Assembly: GCA_029260985.1 (NCBI GenBank)
Contig: JAJDCE010000036.1
Coordinates: 1-33,343 of the forward strand
Source of the DNA: Patescibacteria group bacterium
Lineage (GTDB): Bacteria > Patescibacteriota > Gracilibacteria > UM-FILTER-43-11
DNA length: 33,343 nt
Direction: 5' to 3'
Below are positions 16,832 through 24,007 of this stretch, piece after piece. The notes under the pieces are model-generated. The model had not been told where the DNA came from. It saw only the letters and a program-made list of their open reading frames with translations, and made no database searches. A program made the translations under genes and the position numbers. How positions within the stretch are numbered: the first letter of the stretch is position 1; each line of letters begins with the position of its first letter.

Positions 16832-18937
16832 TTAAAATTGTTTTACGATCCAGCTGACAAAAGTGAGAGGATTGACCCCTTCCGCGAAGCGGCGATCTAC
16901 CCGCGCGTACCAGTCATGAATGCGGGCGAACCGATCAGTTGTAGTCGCCAGATTCTCAAAGGTTGCGTTCTGAATCTTGTCGGAAAGAGCAAAGTTATAA
17001 GTAGGGCTATAGAGGAAGATTGCAGGGATTTCTTTGCTGATGATCTCTTGAATTTTGCCCAAGGTTCTTTTACGATCCTCGACATCATCTTCGAGCCTGG
17101 CTTTATCCAGAAGGCTGTCGACAATAAAATTCTTGAACTGAGAAAGATTATAACCTCCTTCTTTAGCCTGACTGCTATGCCAGTAAGGATAAGCGTCGAG
17201 ATTATAGCCCAGATTCTGACCAAAAATCAACAGATCATAGTTTCGCTTAAACAGCGCCTCCTGAAATTCGCCATTTTCAAGGACCTCAATAGTAAGACCG
17301 ATGCCGACCTTTTTCCATTGTTCCTTGATGACAGAAGCAACCTGACTATAGGCTTCAGGCGTTTTGGGCACAACCATCCGTAAGATCAGTGTTTCATCAT
17401 TATCATTGAGTCGGATCGGAAGAACATCTGCCTCAAGATTCTCCACTGCAATTTCTTTTAGTTCTTCTTCGATAAACTGATCCTCAGTTCCCTGGGTGAT
17501 GGTAATAGAGTCAATCAGTGATTTCTCTTCATCAAATCCAACCGCGTAAACCTCAAAAAGATTATTACCTTTCTTTAAATTTTCAAATTCAAAGCTCGCC
17601 ACATAACTCCAGCCTAGGTCGCCCGGTATATATTTTTTAAGTTCATAATCGTTCACGAAAATAGACTTAGTCTTATCCGGAACCGTTCCGGTGATGGTGA
17701 TTTTTTTATCGGTGGTTTGCCAATCTTTTCCTCCATTCGGCCCCGTAATAAATTCAGGCTCAGCGCTTTCCTCATCCTCAATTATTTCCTCTATCGTTTC
17801 CTCTATAGTTTCACCTATTGTTTCATCGACTTTATCGGGGAGCTGCCACTCCGTTTCAAACAAAGCTCCATTAGCTTTATTGATGCTGTACTGATAAACC
17901 CAATTTTTCTGATCAATTTCAAGCAGGGGAGTGTCAATTCGCTTAGTCTGCCCCAAGGTTTCAACAATGGCATCTTTGTCAGTGCCGAGCTGAAGAGCCA
18001 GGCGCACTTTTGGATCCTTGAGTACTTCAGCCTGAGTATTCATAAACACCGCCACGTACTGAGGCAGATGATAGCGGGTTAAACTGAGTCGTCCGCGGCT
18101 CAAAATCTTTTCAGTGTTTTCCTCGGGTAAATTCCTAATGCCATCCAGGTCACCTTGGCGTTTGATAAGTTCTTTAAAATGAGAAAATACCTTTATCTTA
18201 ATGGTGGGAATGTTCGGCGCTTTGCCGTAATATCCCTCATAAGCCTCGAGAGTGACCTCCGAATAATCCTCGATAGGAGTTAGGGAAACAAATTGATAGG
18301 GCCCACTTCCAACGGGGAAGAGATTATAGGGGTCGCTTTCAATAGCTTCGACTGGCAAATGCCCCAAAAGATGGGATGGAAGGATACCGGCCAAAGTTTT
18401 AACCAGGAAGAAGGAATCAGGAGATTCAAGGAGGAATTTAACCGTTCGTTCGTCAACTTCAGCCACCTTAATCCCACTGTAATCATTGTAATTAAGAATA
18501 AGACCATTAAAGCCCGGAGTATTGATCACTGAGTTATAGGTGAAAAGAATATCAGCGCTGGTCACCGGAGCTCCGTCATGCCATTTGGCATTGTCTTTAA
18601 TTACAAAGGTATATTCCTTGCCATTCGAGGACACCGTAAAATCAGCCAGATCAGGCACAATTTCATTGGTTTTAGGATCAAATCGGGTAAGACCCGAGAA
18701 TATAAGGGTGGTCAGATCATGAGACACACTTCCCAGAGAGACATAGAGCGGATTGATCAAGTCGACTTTGCCCACAGCGCCTTCGGTGTAAACCCCGCCT
18801 TGAACAGGCTTCATTTCCGTGTGTTCATCATAAAAAGCATGGCCAATCTGAAAACCCGACACCGCGACCACAAGGGATAAAAAGGTGACCGTGATTTTTT
18901 CAAGCTGATTGAGGATGCTAAAACGGCGTTTGAACAT
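16832..18937 (-). CDS. ABC transporter substrate-binding protein (family 5, OppA/DppA-like) with inserted Ig-like domain
   Basis: Motifs GGVYTEG, LIFSGL, PDLA, KWHDGAPVTSADILFT, PVGSGPY, VRLAL and YWHSSQ. Start set at ATG 18937 because the upstream extension is repeat DNA. Confidence 0.88.
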   Translation of the reverse strand: MFKRRFSILNQLEKITVTFLSLVVAVSGFQIGHAFYDEHTEMKPVQGGVYTEGAVGKVDLINPLYVSLGSVSHDLTTLIFSGLTRFDPKTNEIVPDLADFTVSSNGKEYTFVIKDNAKWHDGAPVTSADILFTYNSVINTPGFNGLILNYNDYSGIKVAEVDERTVKFLLESPDSFFLVKTLAGILPSHLLGHLPVEAIESDPYNLFPVGSGPYQFVSLTPIEDYSEVTLEAYEGYYGKAPNIPTIKIKVFSHFKELIKRQGDLDGIRNLPEENTEKILSRGRLSLTRYHLPQYVAVFMNTQAEVLKDPKVRLALQLGTDKDAIVETLGQTKRIDTPLLEIDQKNWVYQYSINKANGALFETEWQLPDKVDETIGETIEETIEEIIEDEESAEPEFITGPNGGKDWQTTDKKITITGTVPDKTKSIFVNDYELKKYIPGDLGWSYVASFEFENLKKGNNLFEVYAVGFDEEKSLIDSITITQGTEDQFIEEELKEIAVENLEADVLPIRLNDNDETLILRMVVPKTPEAYSQVASVIKEQWKKVGIGLTIEVLENGEFQEALFKRNYDLLIFGQNLGYNLDAYPYWHSSQAKEGGYNLSQFKNFIVDSLLDKARLEDDVEDRKRTLGKIQEIISKEIPAIFLYSPTYNFALSDKIQNATFENLATTTDRFARIHDWYARVDRRFAEGVNPLTFVSWIVKQF

Positions 18938-18946
18938 AATTAAAAA

Positions 18947-19027
18947 AAGTGCGAGTCTCAAGTGCGAGTCTCTCATCGAGCCTGAGCGGCCTCGGAGCCG
19001 AAGGCAAGTGCGAGTCTCAATGAGACT
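18947..19027. repeat. 13-bp repeat x3 with nested hairpin module
   Basis: AAGTGCGAGTCTC at 18947, 18960 and 19006, with insert gcctgagcggcctcggagccgaaggc and terminal hairpin agtctca-a-tgagact. Confidence 0.8.
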
Positions 19028-19030
19028 GAT

Positions 19031-19243
19031 TTAGACAAAAACAAAGAGTAAGGCATTGAGCAGGAAGAGGCCTCCGAGTAAAACGGTAGCGATAAAAAGA
19101 ACTTTCTCAGGCCCTCGCTTGGTTGCAGAGAAACTTCCGGAACCACCAGAGGCGGTGAAACCTTCATCTTTACCCTGAATCAGAATTAAGAAAGAAAGAA
19201 GGAGTGCAATGATAATTTGAGAGGCGATGAGTAACTTCTCCAT
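19031..19243 (-). CDS. secG: Preprotein translocase subunit SecG
   Basis: Two TMs, ILIQ, a Gly-rich loop and TKRGPEKVLF. Start ATG 19243. Confidence 0.9.
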   Translation of the reverse strand: MEKLLIASQIIIALLLSFLILIQGKDEGFTASGGSGSFSATKRGPEKVLFIATVLLGGLFLLNALLFVFV

Positions 19244-19334
19244 GATAATAAGTGTTAAAAGCGGAAAAAGTCTAGCACAAGAAAGAGGGGAATACAATTT
19301 ATAATTGCCAGAAGATTGACATTTTTACTTTTCA

Positions 19335-19364
19335 TTGACAAATGTAAAACTAAATGATTATATT
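19335..19364 (+). promoter_or_regulatory. Sigma70-type promoter
   Basis: TTGACA followed after 18 bp by TATATT, upstream of the small ORF and comF. Confidence 0.5.
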
Positions 19365-19400
19365 GAAACCAATCTCACATAGTTATAACCCTCCAAAAAT

Positions 19401-19592
19401 ATGAGTGAAATAATTGATAGAACCAGACAAACTGAAATGGATATTGATGCGACCATGGATGCACACGGTACCCTGTTTGGTGAAGAGCCGCCCGTTGATG
19501 AGCAGACATGGAATAAAATGCTATCTCAAATGAGTGCAGAAAGGGCAGCTCAGGCAGAAAGGGATAATGTAGCTGCAATATTTGATAAATAG
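19401..19592 (+). CDS. Small acidic hypothetical protein
   Basis: 63-aa ORF between a promoter and comF, with the stop 4 bp before the comF ATG. Confidence 0.55.
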   Translation: MSEIIDRTRQTEMDIDATMDAHGTLFGEEPPVDEQTWNKMLSQMSAERAAQAERDNVAAIFDK

Positions 19593-19596
19593 TGGA

Positions 19597-20277
19597 ATGA
19601 GGTTTATCAATGCGCTTAAAGCGTTTATCCTAAACACCTTGTTCCCTCCCGTATGCGTTTCCTGTAAAAAGGAAGGGGATTTTTTGTGTATGGACTGCCT
19701 TAATAGTCTGGACAAAAAAAAGATCAGTCAAAGCTATAAAAAAATCGATGACCCCGACCTCCATCATCTGGATGGCGTGATATACGCTTTGGATTACGCA
19801 AAAAATCCGCAGATCCAGGCCGCTATAAAACAGCTCAAATATAAATTCACTCAGGATCTGGCAAAGCACTTTGCGGATATGATGGCACTGAAGCTATCGG
19901 AACTCAATATGGTAAAGGGGCATAAAATTATTCTCATCCCAGTGCCATTGCATAAAAAGCGATTAAACGAGAGAGGGTTTAACCAGGCGGAAGTGATTGC
20001 AAAACTCATCGATAATGCAGAGGTAATACCGATGCTTGAGCGAGTACGAAACACTAAACAGCAGGCAAGACTTAGTAAAAAGGAGCGGCATGAAAACCTT
20101 ACAGGAGCTTTTAGGTTGAACAAAAAATGTATTCACAAATACAATTCAGAAAACATCTATTTCCTCGTCGATGATGTTTGCACCACAGGTTCCACCCTGG
20201 AAAAATGCGCTGAAGTCCTCAAGAAGAATGGGATTGAGAAGGTGTATGGTTTAGTAATTGCACGGGCATTTAAGTAG
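19597..20277 (+). CDS. comF: ComF family competence protein (zinc ribbon plus PRTase domain)
   Basis: Motifs LFPPVCVSC...LCMDC, IPVPLH, RGFNQAE and LVDDVCTTGSTL. Confidence 0.93.
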   Translation: MRFINALKAFILNTLFPPVCVSCKKEGDFLCMDCLNSLDKKKISQSYKKIDDPDLHHLDGVIYALDYAKNPQIQAAIKQLKYKFTQDLAKHFADMMALKLSELNMVKGHKIILIPVPLHKKRLNERGFNQAEVIAKLIDNAEVIPMLERVRNTKQQARLSKKERHENLTGAFRLNKKCIHKYNSENIYFLVDDVCTTGSTLEKCAEVLKKNGIEKVYGLVIARAFK

Positions 20278-20278
20278 C

Positions 20279-20413
20279 TGTCTGAACCGCTGATTCTCAG
20301 GATTACTGAAATGTATCAGGATGGATTTACGTGATTATCCTGCGAAGTCCGCCTTTAGAGGGATAATCCATCACGGTAAATCCATACAATCCTGTGAATC
20401 AGCGGTTCAGACA
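20279..20413. repeat. 135-bp MITE-like nested inverted repeat
   Basis: Arms tgtctgaaccgctgattctcaggatt / aatcctgtgaatcagcggttcagaca (25 of 26 complementary), with inner stems atggatttac-gtgat / atcac-ggtaaatccat and attatcc / ggataat. Confidence 0.85.
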
Positions 20414-20492
20414 AGGGGGGTTAGGGGTTATGGGAGGTTTTAATTTTCTATTTTTTATTGTATCTTTATTCCGCATTTTAAATAATAAAAAA

Positions 20493-21794
20493 ATGATAAA
20501 GTTCGCCGTCATCTCATTTCCCGGAAATAATTGTGAAGTCGAAACCGTTCGCGCGTTCAAGCGTAATGGAATGGAGGCCGAGACTATTCTGTGGAACGAT
20601 CCCGGCATGTTGGATAAGAGCAGGTGTTATGAATTTGACGGCTATTGTCTGGCTGGTGGTTTTAGCTACGAGGATCGTAGCCGTAGCGGAGTGATTGCAG
20701 CCCAGAATCCAATTTTGGACATCATTAAAAAAGAAGCCGAAACAGGAAAAGTGGTGATCGGCATCTGTAATGGGGCGCAAACGTTAATCGAAACGGGTTT
20801 GATCCCGGGGTTCGAAAACTATGATCTGGCTGCTGGCTTGGCTTGGAATGAAATGATTAAAGGTGATGAGGTGGTTGATACGGGGTTTAGAAATTCATGG
20901 GCCTACTTAAAAAACATTGCTCCAAAAAATCGATCTGCCTTCAATAATTTCGATGGCCTGCTGCATATTCCTTACGCGCATGGAGAGGGAAGATTTGTCT
21001 TTAAAGATCTAAAAGTTCTGGAACTGTTAAAAGAAAACAATCAAATCCCTTTCCAATATTGCAATGAGGAAGGAAAGGTTGATCATGAATTTCCCATTAC
21101 TCCAAACGGTTCCACGGATTCTATCGCCGCCCTCTGCAATCCCGCAGGAAATGTGATGGCCATCATGCCTCACCCGGAAAGAGACCCAAGGGGAAATGGG
21201 AATAAGATATTCGAATCGATTCGGGACTGGATTGAGAACAAAAAGAAATCTGAATATAAAAGTTTAGGTGAGCATAAAACGAAGGAGGATATTCGTGATT
21301 TTGGAGAAGCAGACTTGGAGTTTCTGGTTCGTTTGATCATTGTGGATAACGCGGAAAGAACCGTTGAACAAGCTATACGTAAGAGAGGATTTGAGGTGAA
21401 ATTGAAACGATACATTTACTGGTCAGCCTCACTAGCGCCTGGAGTAGACAAAAAGGAGGCCGCGCTAAAAATAATTCAATCAGGCGAGCTGGCGAATCTG
21501 AATAAAGAGTGGATTTACATAAATATTGATGGAAAGCCTTATTCTTATAATAAAGAGGATGGGCTTCAGCAGGCAGAAATGGAATTTAAGAATTATCTGG
21601 TAACCTGCGATCACGAAAATTTTGTCGGGGAAAGCAAAAAACAGACCATCAATCTGCATGCAGGTGAAATTATAAAATCAATCAAGGGAGGCGTTTTTTG
21701 GGAGGTGGAAAACACTGATGATGAAGGGGTTTATGAGATTATCCGAACAAAAATTTTATACAACCCGAATTCAATGTATATCATGAAGAAGTAA
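20493..21794 (+). CDS. purQ: FGAM synthase glutaminase subunit PurQ with about 180-aa C-terminal extension (probably two PurS-like domains)
   Basis: Motifs FPGNNC, GGFSYED, GICNGAQ (catalytic Cys), AHGEGRF, PNGS and MPHPER. Start ATG 20493. Confidence 0.92.
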   Translation: MIKFAVISFPGNNCEVETVRAFKRNGMEAETILWNDPGMLDKSRCYEFDGYCLAGGFSYEDRSRSGVIAAQNPILDIIKKEAETGKVVIGICNGAQTLIETGLIPGFENYDLAAGLAWNEMIKGDEVVDTGFRNSWAYLKNIAPKNRSAFNNFDGLLHIPYAHGEGRFVFKDLKVLELLKENNQIPFQYCNEEGKVDHEFPITPNGSTDSIAALCNPAGNVMAIMPHPERDPRGNGNKIFESIRDWIENKKKSEYKSLGEHKTKEDIRDFGEADLEFLVRLIIVDNAERTVEQAIRKRGFEVKLKRYIYWSASLAPGVDKKEAALKIIQSGELANLNKEWIYINIDGKPYSYNKEDGLQQAEMEFKNYLVTCDHENFVGESKKQTINLHAGEIIKSIKGGVFWEVENTDDEGVYEIIRTKILYNPNSMYIMKK

Positions 21795-21910
21795 CCAATG
21801 GCTATCCAATGGCTTTCCGATTGCTAACCGATTGCTAGTAACAACAGCAACTGGATAGCAATGGATAGCAACTGGACAGCGCGACGTCAGGAGCGGATAG
21901 CAGCAATAGA
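21795..21910. repeat. Bipartite inverted 11-bp tandem repeat element
   Basis: Left ccaatggctat ccaatggcttt ccgattgctaa ccgattgctag. Right acagcaactgg atagcaatgg atagcaactgg, with insert gcgacgtcaggagc. Confidence 0.85.
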
Positions 21911-21913
21911 AAA

Positions 21914-22987
21914 ATGAACAACTACAAACGAATCGTAATCAAAATAGGCACAAACGTAATCACCAAAGAGGACGGCCTTTTGGATAACAAGGTAATGAAG
22001 GGGCTTGTTTCTCAGATGGTTGAACTTAAAAAGTCCGGTGTGGATGTTGTTTTGGTTTCTTCCGGCGCCATGGGGGCAGGCCGCCCACTTGTAAGGCTTA
22101 AGCAGAAAGTCAGCCGGATTCTGGAAAGGCAGATTTTAGCCTCTGTAGGCCAAACACGGCTGATGAATCGTTATGATGAACTGCTATCCGCACATAGCTT
22201 TTTATGCGCACAGGTACTTGCAACCAAAGAAGATTTTCGGGATCGCAAACATTATCTGAACATGAAGAACTGCCTGGAGGGCTTGCTCCACGACCAGATC
22301 ATCCCCATCATCAACGAAAACGATGTAATATCGGTAGATGAGCTGATGTTTACGGATAATGATGAATTGGCAGGTTTACTGGCCTCGATGCTGAACGTTG
22401 ATGCCTTAATTGTTTTGACCAACGTGGACGGAGTTTTGGATTGCAGTAAAAAGGGAGCAAAAGTAATCTCCGAGGTCGATCACAAAAAGGCTAACGTGTT
22501 TTCGTGCATCACTCCGGAAAAATCTTCTTTCGGACGGGGAGGAATGCTGACCAAATGCCGGATCGCGGAACGAATGTCCCAAGTCGGGATCACCACACAC
22601 ATCGCAAATGGTAAAACAAAGTCCGTAGTAGTTGATATTTTGAAGGGTAAAAAGATTGGAACCAAATTCCTTCCACAAAAAAAGGTATCAGGAGTCAAAA
22701 AATGGATTGCTCATGCTGGAGGGCAGGAAAAAGGTGAAGTGATTATAGACGACCGCGCCTCCGAAATTCTCATGTCCGATGACAAAGCAGTCAGCCTTCT
22801 GCCTGTCGGAATCACAGAAGTATCAGGTAAATTCGAAAAAGGTGATATTATTCGCATCAGAAACGTCAGCGGCAAAAAAATCGGCCTTGGCGTCGCCCAG
22901 TACAGCTCTAAAAAAGCTAAAGAGTTTATCGGAAAGAAGGGCAAGAAACCTCTTGTGCATTATGATTATTTATTTATAAATTACTAG
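21914..22987 (+). CDS. proB: Glutamate 5-kinase with PUA domain
   Basis: Motifs IVIKIGT, VSSGA, ASVGQ, PIINENDV, DNDELA, GRGGMLTK and SLLPVGI. Confidence 0.97.
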   Translation: MNNYKRIVIKIGTNVITKEDGLLDNKVMKGLVSQMVELKKSGVDVVLVSSGAMGAGRPLVRLKQKVSRILERQILASVGQTRLMNRYDELLSAHSFLCAQVLATKEDFRDRKHYLNMKNCLEGLLHDQIIPIINENDVISVDELMFTDNDELAGLLASMLNVDALIVLTNVDGVLDCSKKGAKVISEVDHKKANVFSCITPEKSSFGRGGMLTKCRIAERMSQVGITTHIANGKTKSVVVDILKGKKIGTKFLPQKKVSGVKKWIAHAGGQEKGEVIIDDRASEILMSDDKAVSLLPVGITEVSGKFEKGDIIRIRNVSGKKIGLGVAQYSSKKAKEFIGKKGKKPLVHYDYLFINY

Positions 22988-23130
22988 GAGTTCAAATTGG
23001 TGCTCAAATGGGAGCTCAAATTGGGGTAAGTAGACTTACAGTAAAACTGACCCCCAATGTGAGCCCCGCGCCAAAGGCTTTGAGCGGAGTCGAAAAGACG
23101 AAGGAGCAGAGCCCCAATGTGAGCCCTAAT
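22987..23130. repeat. Bipartite inverted 12-bp tandem repeat element with nested REP-like module
   Basis: Left GGAGCTCAAATT-like x3. Right CCCCAATGTGAGCCC x2, separated by an insert containing tttgagcggagtcgaaaag and gacgaaggagc. Confidence 0.85.
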
Positions 23131-23137
23131 ATGAAAT

Positions 23138-23923
23138 ATGGACAAAAAAATAGGAATCATCGGCGCAGGCAACATGGGTAGCGTGTTCTACAAAGGCTTA
23201 TCTAAAATAGTGGATGAGGAAAACCTGTATATCTGCGATACGAATCAGGGCAAGCTTGAGGAATTAGGCGTAAAAAATACATTTGCAGATGCGGGAGAGA
23301 TGCTCAAAGAAGTGGATGTTGTGATACTGGCCATAAAGCCCCAGTCTTTTGAGGAATTTAAAAAGAGCCTCAAAGTACATCTCGATTACAAACTCCTCAT
23401 ATCCATTATGGCAGGCATTTCCGTAGAACGTTTAGAAGAAACCGGTGCAAAACGCATCATCCGCGCCATGCCAAACCTGCCGGTGCAGGTAAAAAAGGGT
23501 GTGGTCGGCTGGTTCACATCGGAAGGGATTGATGATACTGACAAAGAGATAGTAAAAAAACTATTCAGCGCATTCGGTTACGCGCCTGAACTGACTAATG
23601 AAAGCATGATTGACGCCATCACTGTTTTAAGCGGCTCCGGCCCGGCGTATTACTTCTTGCTCGCCGAGTTTTTGTCCGACAAAGCCGTATCCCTCGGTTT
23701 CAGTGACGAGGAAGCTCGTAAGATTACTGAAGCAACATTAGAAGGTAGCGCGGAACTTTTGAAAAAGGGCGATAAATCCGCAAGGGAGTGGCGATACGCG
23801 GTTACATCAAAAGGCGGAGTTACGGAAGCTGTAGTCGACTCGCTTACCGAAGCTGGTTTTGGGGAGATTTTTGATAAGGCGGTGGAGGAGGGGATTGGGA
23901 GGAGTGAGGGGTTGGGTGGGTGA
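23138..23923 (+). CDS. proC: Pyrroline-5-carboxylate reductase
   Basis: Motifs IGAGNMG, LAIKPQ, SIMAG, RAMPN, LSGSGPAY and VTSKGGVT. Confidence 0.97.
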   Translation: MDKKIGIIGAGNMGSVFYKGLSKIVDEENLYICDTNQGKLEELGVKNTFADAGEMLKEVDVVILAIKPQSFEEFKKSLKVHLDYKLLISIMAGISVERLEETGAKRIIRAMPNLPVQVKKGVVGWFTSEGIDDTDKEIVKKLFSAFGYAPELTNESMIDAITVLSGSGPAYYFLLAEFLSDKAVSLGFSDEEARKITEATLEGSAELLKKGDKSAREWRYAVTSKGGVTEAVVDSLTEAGFGEIFDKAVEEGIGRSEGLGG

Positions 23924-24007
23924 GGGGGATGCTTTGTGTAATAGTGAGTTGTGTGAAATAATGAAAAGTTATATAGTATCTATTGTAATTTTTAAAAAAT
24001 AATTTTA

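Noticed and set aside
20279-20413. Purine/ZTP riboswitch upstream of purQ
   Set aside because: No recognisable aptamer consensus. The near-perfect terminal inverted repeats and a related copy after proA fit a repeat element better, though an Rfam scan was not possible.
343-23130. Repeat arrays as CRISPR
   Set aside because: Units are 7-13 bp, adjacent and degenerate, with no unique spacers and no cas genes.
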